Below, in pieces: positions 20,901-30,369 of a stretch of DNA of 64,000 nucleotides. The notes under the pieces are model-generated. The model did no database searches. It had not been told where the DNA came from and was given only the letters and a program-made list of their open reading frames with translations. Source of the stretch: an uncultured virus (IMG/VR IMGVR_UViG_2724679346_000005) (Duplodnaviria; Heunggongvirae; Uroviricota; Caudoviricetes); the IMG/VR virus record IMGVR_UViG_2724679346_000005. The stretch is one strand, 5' to 3'. A program made the position numbers and the translations under genes. Position 1 is the first letter of the stretch. Each line of letters begins with the position of its first letter.

Positions 20901-21920
20901 TTAGCCCATCATTTTACGGTAGGCTTCGGCGGCTTCGTCTGGGGTCATATTTACTGTCTCAGTTTTAACCGGACCACCATCAGGGCCGCTAATCTCTGTT
21001 TTGTTTTTCAACATACCTAAATGCTGGGCAACCATTTTTAAAGCCTCATCCTGATTGCGGGTAATGGCCTCAATACCAAACTTCCCCTCTTTCACTCCAG
21101 AGAACAGGCGACGAGCTGCACCGCGCAGATCCCGTGTATCGTGAAAGTGAGTGCGCCCAACCCCCTCACCATTACAGCGAGGGCAGTCAGGGTTAGGATC
21201 AAGGGTGGCATCAAAACCGTAACCGCCAACGTCTAAAGGCTCCCGTTTTTTGCTTTCTACCGCTTTTAACCGGGACTCTTCAAACTCGACTGCATCGCGC
21301 CACTGATACTGATAACCAAACCCCCAGCAATGGCGGCAACACAAACGGCGTAGTTCAGTAATTTGGCTAGCATCGGCTGTGGCAATATCCCACCACCATT
21401 TCAGCACAGCATCTTGGGTTATTCGCGTCCGTCTTTCTCTGGCGTCCAATGCATCGCGAATGGCCCGGCTAACCTTAGCATTCCTGTACATGCGTGAAGC
21501 GTTCACGTAAGCCGTATTGCCCTCTCCTTTGCCCCCAGACCTTTTATACGCAGCCGTGCTATTCAGGTCGATCAGGTATTCACTCACGAAACGAGCCTGC
21601 ATATCATTAAGCCCGTACTCCTCAAGGTTTAATGTGAATTCGGGTTCGTCGTTTTCATCAGCTGGGTATTCTGAATCTATTTCACTTTCAACGTGAGCCG
21701 CTGGCTTTCTATGTTTGGTTCGCAGGTTCTCATTCTGGTTCGCGCTAATTGCCTGCGAACCTACATTGCGAACCAGTTCGTGTTTAGGCCATTCCTCAGC
21801 CTTTGCCCTCTTTCTTACCGCTGTATCACTTACACCGTATTTCTTGGCAAGCTCTCTGATGGAAAGAGCGCCGGAACGGTAATCACGCTCTATGCCTCTC
21901 CAGTCAGTGTCTTTTGCCAT
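20901..21920 (-). CDS. terS: Terminase small subunit (large variant with N-terminal HTH and Cys cluster)
   Basis: FVSEYLIDLNSTAAYKRSG Terminase_2-like motif; CCRHCWG..CPRCNG; upstream of terL. Confidence 0.85.
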   Translation of the reverse strand: MAKDTDWRGIERDYRSGALSIRELAKKYGVSDTAVRKRAKAEEWPKHELVRNVGSQAISANQNENLRTKHRKPAAHVESEIDSEYPADENDEPEFTLNLEEYGLNDMQARFVSEYLIDLNSTAAYKRSGGKGEGNTAYVNASRMYRNAKVSRAIRDALDARERRTRITQDAVLKWWWDIATADASQITELRRLCCRHCWGFGYQYQWRDAVEFEESRLKAVESKKREPLDVGGYGFDATLDPNPDCPRCNGEGVGRTHFHDTRDLRGAARRLFSGVKEGKFGIEAITRNQDEALKMVAQHLGMLKNKTEISGPDGGPVKTETVNMTPDEAAEAYRKMMG

Positions 21921-21982
21921 GATGTTCCCTTAGTTTCATTACGCAGTAACCTTGTGAGGTTGCTCTGTGATGAAATTTAGGC

Positions 21983-22007
21983 GAAAAAAACCACCCGAAG
22001 GTGGTTA
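21983..22007 (-). terminator. Intrinsic terminator after the phosphatase
   Basis: AACCACC/GGTGGTT stem plus U-run on the minus strand. Confidence 0.65.
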
Positions 22008-22012
22008 GCTCA

Positions 22013-22753
22013 TCAGATGACTCGATATCTAATCGCTATCAGTGAATGATCGTCGATAGGTCCGGTTCTTTCGATTCGTTTTAACAGGCTTGCGGTGAAA
22101 CTAGCTGGGTTACTGAGTGTATTTAAAGAAAAACGTGGTCGTTTATCCCAGAACGCATGAGCTCCGTCAGACATTAAGTAAACACAGCATTCTTCTTTTT
22201 CATCGATTAAATCGTCATGCGGAATGAAAGTTTGCTGAAAATCTAGCGGAATTGCGTTAGCTATGGCTGTTGTTAAAGTGTGTTTGCCTGGTAGATGCTT
22301 TAATTCACTTTTACTATAAATCTTATCATCGAGTAGTTTTTGGTGTTGCGTATGGTCTTTCGTTACTTGCCTCAGCTTGCCGCCATCTTTTACATATAGC
22401 CGACAGTCACCAACATGTCCTATATGCAGTCCATCATCATCCACTAAGCAGAATGTAAGTGTCGTGGCTGCATTTGAAAACTTAATATTTTCTTGAGAGA
22501 GGGAAGATATCCCTTCCTTCAGGGAAATAAACAAATCTGACATGTCTTGCAATTTCCCTTTTTCCACAAGAGCCGGCAATTTTTTGATGGCCGACTGGGA
22601 AGCATTCTGTGCGCCATCATAGGACCCAACGCCATCAGCAATAGCTATCAAAAGCCCACCGTTAATGAATACCGGTGGAAGAATAGTATCCTGATTTTCT
22701 CTACGAGGCTCTTTGGATCGCGAGAACAAGCCGCAAGTTAGTAACTCAATCAT
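22013..22753 (-). CDS. PP2C-family Ser/Thr protein phosphatase
   Basis: ENQD, IADGVG, HVGDCRLY, TKDHT, MSDG and DDHS motifs. Confidence 0.9.
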   Translation of the reverse strand: MIELLTCGLFSRSKEPRRENQDTILPPVFINGGLLIAIADGVGSYDGAQNASQSAIKKLPALVEKGKLQDMSDLFISLKEGISSLSQENIKFSNAATTLTFCLVDDDGLHIGHVGDCRLYVKDGGKLRQVTKDHTQHQKLLDDKIYSKSELKHLPGKHTLTTAIANAIPLDFQQTFIPHDDLIDEKEECCVYLMSDGAHAFWDKRPRFSLNTLSNPASFTASLLKRIERTGPIDDHSLIAIRYRVI

Positions 22754-23505
22754 AACCCATTCCCTTCAACAATTTTTTTAAGGTCTGCAAGCATTTCATG
22801 AACAGAAACATGCCTTCTTGGCGGTTTTCTCGCAGTGCTTTTAGTTATCAAATCATCAATACCTGGTACAGCGGCGATATCCATATCCTCAATCAAAACA
22901 CCAAGCGCGTAGATATCTGTTTTATCGGAGTAAATCCCTGCAAACACCTCGGGAGCCATGTATCGCTCAGTACCCATGATTGCGGCCACTTTTGTTATAA
23001 CCTCTGATTCAGCTTGTTTGTCTGCATTTTTCACCAAACCAAAATCGGATATTTTATAAGTCCCGTCAGCAAACTTTAATACGTTTTGGGGCTTTAAATC
23101 TCGATGCCAATAGTTATGGTCATGAAGATATGCAACCCCCTCCAACACCATGCGAATAGCGGTAACCTTCTGCTTAATTGTCACCCTACCAGAAGCAATC
23201 TCAGCAACAAGATCACTTTCAGCTAAATCCATGACGAACCACGGGGCATCGCCAGTTAAGTGATGAATGTATATAGGAACTATGTTTGTGTGAGAGCAAT
23301 CAGCCTGATAGGTGACCTCCCTTTCAAACCTACGAATAAATTCGTCACGGTATGCTGGTTCCTGTGGCGCAAAGACCTTCCTCGCGTAGATACCACAAAT
23401 TCCACCATTAATGTTTCGGAGTTCGACTTCTTCTACATAACCAAACCCTCCTTGGCCTATTTTTCTAATTGGTCTGATTAAATAATTGCCATGTGCTTCG
23501 TCCAT
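22750..23505 (-). CDS. Hanks-type Ser/Thr protein kinase
   Basis: GQGGFG, ARK, HRDLKPQN, DFG, YMAPE and DIYALG; likely ATG 23505; 4-bp overlap with phosphatase. Confidence 0.92.
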   Translation of the reverse strand: MDEAHGNYLIRPIRKIGQGGFGYVEEVELRNINGGICGIYARKVFAPQEPAYRDEFIRRFEREVTYQADCSHTNIVPIYIHHLTGDAPWFVMDLAESDLVAEIASGRVTIKQKVTAIRMVLEGVAYLHDHNYWHRDLKPQNVLKFADGTYKISDFGLVKNADKQAESEVITKVAAIMGTERYMAPEVFAGIYSDKTDIYALGVLIEDMDIAAVPGIDDLITKSTARKPPRRHVSVHEMLADLKKIVEGNGL

Positions 23506-23642
23506 TCTTTCTTTCCGTGCAAATACTGAATGGCACAACTTTACACCAACATTTGGCACTTAACACAACCAAACCTTGTTTTCTATAAGTGATATCTAAT
23601 TAAATTAACGAAAAATTCTCATTCAAAGGAGATTTTTTCTTT

Positions 23643-24098
23643 TCAATTTAAGCACTGCTGCCTGACATATTCCTGTAATCCCGCTATTTGGCTGGTCGCA
23701 ATTCCGATTCTCTCTCTGAGACTGAGATAATCCCTTCGAGCGGAGTCAGTAAGTTCGGGGCTGGTAACATCATCCACGCTGGCGGTACTGGCGATTTTGG
23801 GCACTGGTTTTGTACAGTTGGCGTTGAGCTGCAGCCGCTTAGTGCCATTAGCGATATCAGCACGAAGGCGCTCGTTTTCAGATTTGGCATCTGCTAGTTC
23901 CTTGGTATATTTGATATCGATAGCGGCTATGTTTTGTCGTTGAATTTCAATTAGTTGTATTTGTTTTTGCTGCAGTCTAGCCACTGATGTTATTTCTACT
24001 ACATCACGCTTGAGTGTAGTAACTCTGCTTTGGAAATATCCCAGTATAGAAATTACGATTATTAGCGCAGCGCCGAGTATTTCAGTTAATTTATTCAT
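23643..24098 (-). CDS. Rz: Rz inner-membrane spanin
   Basis: N-terminal TM, D-x-KYTKELADAK, GLQEYVRQQC. Confidence 0.9.
   Translation of the reverse strand: MNKLTEILGAALIIVISILGYFQSRVTTLKRDVVEITSVARLQQKQIQLIEIQRQNIAAIDIKYTKELADAKSENERLRADIANGTKRLQLNANCTKPVPKIASTASVDDVTSPELTDSARRDYLSLRERIGIATSQIAGLQEYVRQQCLN
23684..23890 (-). CDS. Rz1: Rz1 outer-membrane lipoprotein spanin, nested in Rz
   Basis: Lipobox LSGC, Pro-rich PVPPAWMM, alternate frame inside Rz. Confidence 0.85.
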   Translation of the reverse strand: MPNLKTSAFVLISLMALSGCSSTPTVQNQCPKSPVPPAWMMLPAPNLLTPLEGIISVSERESELRPAK

Positions 24099-24621
24099 CC
24101 AGCCCCCAGCAGGTCAGTTCGCTTTCCTGCGCGCGGCGTTCTATCTGCCCGTAACAGTTATTTGAGCGGATATTGCAATCCTTACCGCCGTCATATACCC
24201 AGCGTTTTATTTCAGCGCATGCGCCTTTACGGTCGCCCGCATTGAGTTTTCGGTAAAAGGTGGAGGTAAAACATTTACTCGGGCCGATGTTATAGGGGCA
24301 AAACGACGCGATACCGGTAATCTGTGTTTCAGTCAGCGGTACCCGGACATTTTTCTTTACCCAGCTTATAGCCTTATTAGCCTCCAGCTTATTCACCGCA
24401 GCGCATTTCTCCGCTGATAGCTTCATCTCTTTTGTTACCGGCTTACCATCGACTTGAGTAGCACCACGGCAAACAGTCCAAATCCCCTTTCCATCTGGAT
24501 AAGCTACAAGCCGGTTACCCTCTTTCTCATCCAAAAGCTGATCAAGAATTATTGTGGCCGGTGCTGAGGCCATAATCAGAGCCAGAACTGCCGCGCTTAA
24601 TTTGCTTTTTGTCGAGGCCAT
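24091..24621 (-). CDS. SAR endolysin (T4-type lysozyme)
   Basis: Ala-rich N-terminal SAR segment; E-x8-D-x5-T triad (EGNRLVAYPDGKGIWT). Confidence 0.9.
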   Translation of the reverse strand: MASTKSKLSAAVLALIMASAPATIILDQLLDEKEGNRLVAYPDGKGIWTVCRGATQVDGKPVTKEMKLSAEKCAAVNKLEANKAISWVKKNVRVPLTETQITGIASFCPYNIGPSKCFTSTFYRKLNAGDRKGACAEIKRWVYDGGKDCNIRSNNCYGQIERRAQESELTCWGLDE

Positions 24622-24836
24622 CACTCACCATCCGGTTTATAGCCGTGGCGACGATCCCAAATCTTGATACCAGCATTAAGCGTGAATGTCAGGGCCATAA
24701 AGAACAACGAACCAAGAACGCCGATAACCGTCCACTCATCAGGAGTGAATCCGGCTATCAGCTCTTTAACCCAAAAAATAAAACTACCACCTGACACTAG
24801 GTAGGAAGCATTAGAAGCTATATTGCTCATTTTCAT
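24621..24836 (-). CDS. Holin/pinholin with M-K-M dual start
   Basis: 71 aa, two hydrophobic segments, basic C-terminus, directly before endolysin. Confidence 0.8.
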   Translation of the reverse strand: MKMSNIASNASYLVSGGSFIFWVKELIAGFTPDEWTVIGVLGSLFFMALTFTLNAGIKIWDRRHGYKPDGE

Positions 24837-25013
24837 GGTCTCCCCCTCCCGGTCAGCGGGTTGGGCACGTAGTTAAGGAATTTAGCCCACCAGTGCAGCC
24901 ACACATTACTGCTAATGAGTGTGGAGTTGATTGGGTGACTGATGGGCTAAAACGGAAAAGCCTAGATACTTAGTTCTAGGCTTTACTTGAATGATTAGAT
25001 TAAATATTCGCTA

Positions 25014-25640
25014 TTAACTTTTATAGGATTCCTGAATTTTTTCCCATTCTTTCCTGAGCGTTTCTTTTGACTCAATCAGAACGTCTTTATGTGCGGAGTC
25101 AAAAGCAACAAAATCCCCTTTGTATTCTCTAATAATATTATACAGAACCGTTATTTTAGTTTGTAAGGGTTTATAATCATCACTATCCAAATACAAATAT
25201 AATAGAGAGTAATTTTCATAAAACTTCAAAAGGAAATTATTTCTGGACTCAAGATATATTTTTGCATTTTCAAGCAAGCACATTGCTTCTTCTGGATTAC
25301 TTATTTCTTTGTTTTTTATATCTTCCAAATTAACTTCTTGATACAGATTGCGCAGTGTTAAGGCAGTCGCCATATATTCTGCACAGTATCCTCTAACACT
25401 AATAAGCCACTCATGACGAAGTTTACCTTTCGTCTCAGTTTTAGCATGCATTTCTGCAGTTTTAATTTGAGTATCTTTAGTTATTTTTGCATTAAAATAC
25501 GAAAAAATTAAAGTAGCCACAGCAACCAATATCGGCCCCGAATCAGTGATCCAGCCAAGTCCCCCTTTACCCGAATTCATATTGATTGTCAGTTCAGCGC
25601 CTTCCTTTCCAACCAATGCCAGTAACTCAATTATATCCAT
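25014..25640 (-). CDS. AT-rich moron, hypothetical membrane-anchored protein
   Basis: 208 aa, one N-terminal TM, terminator-like hairpins at ~24957-24984 and ~25677-25698. Confidence 0.7.
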   Translation of the reverse strand: MDIIELLALVGKEGAELTINMNSGKGGLGWITDSGPILVAVATLIFSYFNAKITKDTQIKTAEMHAKTETKGKLRHEWLISVRGYCAEYMATALTLRNLYQEVNLEDIKNKEISNPEEAMCLLENAKIYLESRNNFLLKFYENYSLLYLYLDSDDYKPLQTKITVLYNIIREYKGDFVAFDSAHKDVLIESKETLRKEWEKIQESYKS

Positions 25641-25736
25641 AGGAAACCTCTTAAGTTTTCAATAGATATAATTGAAAAACCTCACCGAAGCGAGGTTTAT
25701 TTGACTGGATAAGCGCTACCGCACAACCAACTCTTA

Positions 25737-26186
25737 TCACATTAATGCAGTTTTTGCGGCCGCACCAACACTTTTATCATAAATTTCTGATTTCATTGTT
25801 GCAGGGTCCATTTCTAGGCAAGCGTCTATCATCGACAAGCAACCATCAACAAATCCTTCGGCCATCTGCATGCTCACCCTAACGGCTCTTTCATCCCGTT
25901 TCTGCTGCCGCGCAATGGCCCGTTTTGACTGATTCAACACATAATGCCGTATAATCAGTTCGTACTCATCAGGTCGATATTGATTTAACCGGGCAACACA
26001 ACCATCAACAATTAAGCCATCGTCATCACAACATGATTGTTGAGGACCGGATGTGTCAGGTATTAATCCCTTAAATCCTGCTGCAATAGAAGAGTAATCG
26101 AGTCCTGAAGAATATCTGGCCCATACTCCCCAGCGCTCAAGAACAAGTTGAATATTACGCATTGAGTTGTTTTTCACCTGGTTCAT
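25737..26186 (-). CDS. Q: Late antiterminator Q
   Basis: MRNIQLVLERWGVW, IAAGFKGL, CCDDDGL and AEGFVDGCL motifs. Confidence 0.88.
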   Translation of the reverse strand: MNQVKNNSMRNIQLVLERWGVWARYSSGLDYSSIAAGFKGLIPDTSGPQQSCCDDDGLIVDGCVARLNQYRPDEYELIIRHYVLNQSKRAIARQQKRDERAVRVSMQMAEGFVDGCLSMIDACLEMDPATMKSEIYDKSVGAAAKTALM

Positions 26187-26467
26187 ATCTTGCCTTCCTT
26201 TCTCAATGCCGCCTGTGTGCGCATAACACCCTCGGCATGGTAAAGACGGGCAGTGTCGCCATCAATTAAGCGGGTACGGCGATCACATTCGTCATGGCAC
26301 ATGCTGCATCCCCATGCTGCTTGCTCATCAGAGGGTTTAATTCCAGTACCGCAAGTACCGGCCAGCCGATAATGAGTGAGCACCACCGTTTCAGGGTTGC
26401 CATTGCACACCCCAGGAATACGGATCTGGCACTCACGGCCCCTTGCCTCTTTGCGTAAATTAGCCAT
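26183..26467 (-). CDS. DUF1364/YbcO-like putative nuclease
   Basis: ARGRECQIRIPGVC..ETVVLTH..CSMCHD. Confidence 0.8.
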   Translation of the reverse strand: MANLRKEARGRECQIRIPGVCNGNPETVVLTHYRLAGTCGTGIKPSDEQAAWGCSMCHDECDRRTRLIDGDTARLYHAEGVMRTQAALRKEGKI

Positions 26468-26475
26468 GACACTCC

Positions 26476-27069
26476 CTAAGCCGCGTAGCTCATTAATTGA
26501 CTGGCAGCGTTCTCCGCCTCAGATGGATGACTGAATGATTTACTGAGAATGAAAGTCCACAGAACATTCAGCACTGATTTGTATAAATCGTTGAATTCCA
26601 GCTCGTCCATTTTCGCGAATGAAATAGAGCGAGGTTCACGCAGCGTTGAGCCGTCCGGTAATTCGAACAGGTCATAATGGCCAGATTCGACAGTCACCCA
26701 ACGGCGGAAAGCATGAAATGATTTTGCAGTAGATAAGTTTGCAGCACGTTTACCGGCTACCAACGCCAGATAATCGTCAGCTATCTCATGAAGTACGCCC
26801 TCATTTCCAACATAGGAAATAAGTTGGCTTACATAGCCACGCAGGAATTTTAGTTCGAATGGTGATATCGCCCCGCCCTTTGGCTCCCAATATTCAAAGC
26901 CAAGGTTGAGCAGCGAGAAAAATTTACGATGAAACGGCGCATTACGCACACGTTTAAATTCGCCAGTGACAATAGTCCCCAGCTTGGTATTTTTAACGAA
27001 ATCCTCAGCATCCGGCGTGGCCGGTACTAAGATCCCACCTGTTGATTTAGTAAAACTATACTGTGCCAT
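26476..27069 (-). CDS. DUF1367/YdfU-like protein
   Basis: RNAPFHRKFFSLL and RSISFAKMDE motifs. Confidence 0.8.
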   Translation of the reverse strand: MAQYSFTKSTGGILVPATPDAEDFVKNTKLGTIVTGEFKRVRNAPFHRKFFSLLNLGFEYWEPKGGAISPFELKFLRGYVSQLISYVGNEGVLHEIADDYLALVAGKRAANLSTAKSFHAFRRWVTVESGHYDLFELPDGSTLREPRSISFAKMDELEFNDLYKSVLNVLWTFILSKSFSHPSEAENAASQLMSYAA

Positions 27070-27246
27070 TTCCGCCCCCGGATGTATGGCACAGCAGCAC
27101 GATATTTAGGTTATCGGGTGTTCAGTCCGATAATTAATTATATCAACTAACTTTATATTAATACACTTATTCAGTAATAACTCTCGTTATATTAAAAATA
27201 ATAACCGCCAACATCCTATTTTGTTAGCTTTTAATTATGTGACATG

Positions 27247-27600
27247 TCACACCGTTAATTTAGTCTCATGCCACCCAAGAGTTTGCCAGCATTTACTTTC
27301 ACCGATAAATGCGCAGCCCTGACTATCACCAGGTAGAGCATCACCACACTTCCCGCACTTGCGCCCGGATTGCTCTTTGAGCTGCGACTGTAGCTCTGCG
27401 TTATCTTTGCGGATCAGCATAGTGATGTATTCGTCCATGTCATACGGTTCACGTTGCGGGCGGCGTAGAGCGCAGTTTTGTTGTAGCATTTCTTTCTCTT
27501 GCTGGTCTATCGTCGCTATTAATTTATAGCTGCCACTATCACGTTCTTTCTGCCGCTGTAGGCGTTTACGAGCCGCAGCCCGCTCTTTGGTGTCTGTCAT
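27247..27600 (-). CDS. Phage hypothetical protein with Cys motif
   Basis: Basic N-terminus, CGKCGDALP..C..CW; overlaps the methylase stop. Confidence 0.65.
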   Translation of the reverse strand: MTDTKERAAARKRLQRQKERDSGSYKLIATIDQQEKEMLQQNCALRRPQREPYDMDEYITMLIRKDNAELQSQLKEQSGRKCGKCGDALPGDSQGCAFIGESKCWQTLGWHETKLTV

Positions 27601-29792
27601 GCTGCCATTCTCCAAATACACAGCTCTGGCATATTGGCCCTTACCAACGCCTCGGCAAAGGGTGGCGGTACCGCATTACCACACCTTGCCACCTGCTCAG
27701 ACTTAGGCCAGAGGGTGCCATCAATATCCCGGTCAATAATGTAATCTGGTGGGAACCCGCTGGCGTTGTAGAGTTCACGGGCAATCAGCATGCGCATACA
27801 AATATCAACGATGATGTATTCGCCCACAGATAGATATTGTGGTCGTGGGGCGGGGAATAAATGCCAGTCGCCCGGTAAATCGCTGAAATGATCCACCAGC
27901 CGTGCGCAGTTCCAGGCGTTATAGCGTTGTTCGTCGGTCAGGGGTTCTACATCAAAATTGTTTTCTACCAAACTAAAACGCTCTTTTGTCGTCACTGCGT
28001 GTATCGGTTCTGAGAGATCCACCGCGCCGCCGGTACCGTAATACTTGGTTAGAAACGCGTTAACCATCCCGACATGATTACCGCCGGCTGTTAAAGTCGG
28101 TACCGGTTCAGTGATGGGTTTACCATCGCGACATGTGCCCCGCAATTGCACCAGGTGAGATGTACAAAGCGCATGGTGATCAACGGTGGTGATGGTATGC
28201 AATGGCTCATCAGCATCAATTCCGGCACCGGTATAATTGCCGCCGTAATGTTTTACCAGATGGGCTGCAACCATTCCCATTGCATGACCGTTACCACCAG
28301 GGCGAACCGATGTACCGGCGGTGATAGTCGATAATGGTTCATCACATTGCTGGCCTATAGCACCTGTTCTGAATTTTGTTATATGCGGTGCCAGTATTGC
28401 ACTGGCTAACTGGCTTTTACCGCCCCCACCCGCCGTAACGGTACCCAGTGGAGTATTGATATCATTTGCCGTGCTGTTACCAAACTGACGCACAACAACC
28501 GGCGCAGCGATAGCAAAACCATGCGTTCTGGTGATGGTCTGTAACGGATCGCGCAATGACTGCCCACGGAAGCAATCATATTTGGTTTTGGTGCTGGTGT
28601 GATTGCACTTCACTGCATATGGCTCCAGCAACAAATGCTCGGCCTTGCTGGTGATGGTGGTCAGCGGCTGGTCTAGCGGATATTGCAAGCGGTCACCACC
28701 AAAACCAGTTTGGCCCAGCCGCACAATAAATGGATCTGGATTATCGATAACAAATCGCTGCAACCCTTTGACGATGCGACGCAATGTATTATCAGCCAGG
28801 TCTTTTTTACGACCAAAAATAGAACGTGTCGGCTGGCTCCAGTCAATACACTCCGCCGCCGTTCGCCAAGGTTGCAGCACACCGGTAATCACATCAGCAG
28901 AGTTGGGTGCGCCGTGGCTTGGCTCTGGCCATACAACCGGCTCACCATCACAACGCCCAACTACAAACAGCCGCTTCCTGATGGTGGGTGTGCCGTAATC
29001 ACAGGCTTTCAGTTCCCGATGTTCCACGTTATACCCCAGCCCTGAAATCAGCCTTGCCGCCTCAGGGCCATTGATATCTATCTTCAAGAATTCACACACT
29101 TCGACCAGTGCGGGGTGATTAGCATCAATCCCAGCACTCAGCATGCCAATAAATGCTTTGAACGTTTCTCCCTTACGGGCGGGGTCGGGTCGGTGATTAC
29201 CTTCGCTATCCGTCAAAAGTGGCCCCCAGCCGCGAAATTCTTCGACGTTCTCCAGCATCAGAAAGCGAGGACGCACCGCTAGCGCCCAGCGCAACACCAC
29301 CCATGCCAGACCACGAATCTCTTTCTTGACTGGCGTTCCGCCCTTGGCCTTAGAGAAATGGCGGCAATCAGGACTAAACCAACCCAGTAATACCGGTAAA
29401 CCTCCCGTTGATATGAGCGGATCAACACTGAAAATATCCTCAGGGTAATGCAGCGTCCGAGGATGGTTGATGGCATGCATAGCCATCGCCACAGGGTTAT
29501 GATTCATAGCAATGTGCGGTTCATAACCCAATGCCTGCTTGATCCCTTCACAACTACCACCGCCACCAGCGAACCCAACGACAACCAGACCATCCTGCAA
29601 ATCAGGTCGTGCAACTGTGATTTCTTTGCGCCGCGCCCAGGCATGAGCAGCCTGTTGGATGTGCTGCGGATTATCTCGATTTAAAAACATTTGGTTCATC
29701 TTGGCCAGTAGCTGCTGTTGCTCTGGCTCACTCATCGCGTGTACAGGAATGACTGACGAGGCGCATTGCTGAACTTCGGTAGGCCAGATCAT
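27597..29792 (-). CDS. C5 DNA cytosine methyltransferase (long phage type)
   Basis: FAGGGG, SPDC, ENVEEF, YGTPTIRKRLF and GNAVPP; repeated PLxTIT units. Confidence 0.9.
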   Translation of the reverse strand: MIWPTEVQQCASSVIPVHAMSEPEQQQLLAKMNQMFLNRDNPQHIQQAAHAWARRKEITVARPDLQDGLVVVGFAGGGGSCEGIKQALGYEPHIAMNHNPVAMAMHAINHPRTLHYPEDIFSVDPLISTGGLPVLLGWFSPDCRHFSKAKGGTPVKKEIRGLAWVVLRWALAVRPRFLMLENVEEFRGWGPLLTDSEGNHRPDPARKGETFKAFIGMLSAGIDANHPALVEVCEFLKIDINGPEAARLISGLGYNVEHRELKACDYGTPTIRKRLFVVGRCDGEPVVWPEPSHGAPNSADVITGVLQPWRTAAECIDWSQPTRSIFGRKKDLADNTLRRIVKGLQRFVIDNPDPFIVRLGQTGFGGDRLQYPLDQPLTTITSKAEHLLLEPYAVKCNHTSTKTKYDCFRGQSLRDPLQTITRTHGFAIAAPVVVRQFGNSTANDINTPLGTVTAGGGGKSQLASAILAPHITKFRTGAIGQQCDEPLSTITAGTSVRPGGNGHAMGMVAAHLVKHYGGNYTGAGIDADEPLHTITTVDHHALCTSHLVQLRGTCRDGKPITEPVPTLTAGGNHVGMVNAFLTKYYGTGGAVDLSEPIHAVTTKERFSLVENNFDVEPLTDEQRYNAWNCARLVDHFSDLPGDWHLFPAPRPQYLSVGEYIIVDICMRMLIARELYNASGFPPDYIIDRDIDGTLWPKSEQVARCGNAVPPPFAEALVRANMPELCIWRMAA

Positions 29793-30119
29793 TCAGCACC
29801 ATCCTGCGCAAATTGCTTCTTTAACGTCGTTTAATTCTAGCCACTCGCCATTTGGATCTGCGCATACTCCACAGTCAAACGAGTATCGTTCCAGCAGCAT
29901 AACATGCTTGAGTAGCTTCTCTTCTGCTGCATTATATTTCCCCTGCCACTCCAAACATTCCCGCTCGTAGTGCTTTGCTGTGCGCCGGTTCTTATTAGCT
30001 GATGCCACCAGCTCCGCTATGCGATCAGCGATGCTGTTTAGCACCTCACTTTCACGCGGTTCTACTCTTTTCGCTGCTGAACGAATTGCAGCAATCATGC
30101 CATCGGTTGAAATATTCAT
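29793..30119 (-). CDS. Phage hypothetical protein
   Basis: 108 aa with GAGG SD, coupled to neighbours. Confidence 0.6.
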   Translation of the reverse strand: MNISTDGMIAAIRSAAKRVEPRESEVLNSIADRIAELVASANKNRRTAKHYERECLEWQGKYNAAEEKLLKHVMLLERYSFDCGVCADPNGEWLELNDVKEAICAGWC

Positions 30120-30367
30120 TTGGTCTCGCCTCTGTGGTCTCTGCGGTCGCGCCAGTAATTTAAGCGCTCTTTAAAAAACTCCCGGTAATGCACCGGCACC
30201 CGTTCAATCGCTTCCAGTACGTGGGCGCGGCTGGTTCTGCGCTCGTACAGGTTTTTGATTAAGCCGCTGGCCCTCAAATCAAGATTTAGCTTTTCCTGGT
30301 ATTCCTGAGGCCAGAGGCAAATGTTGTACGGGAGTCCGGGCGGGAGATAATCCGATTGCCCGGTCAT
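30116..30367 (-). CDS. DNA polymerase III theta (HolE/HOT)-like protein
   Basis: KLNLDLRASG..EAIERVPVHYREFFKERL resembles HolE KVNVDLAAAG..EAVEREQPEHLRSWFRERL (recalled sequence, by eye). Confidence 0.55.
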   Translation of the reverse strand: MTGQSDYLPPGLPYNICLWPQEYQEKLNLDLRASGLIKNLYERRTSRAHVLEAIERVPVHYREFFKERLNYWRDRRDHRGETK

Positions 30368-30369
30368 TG

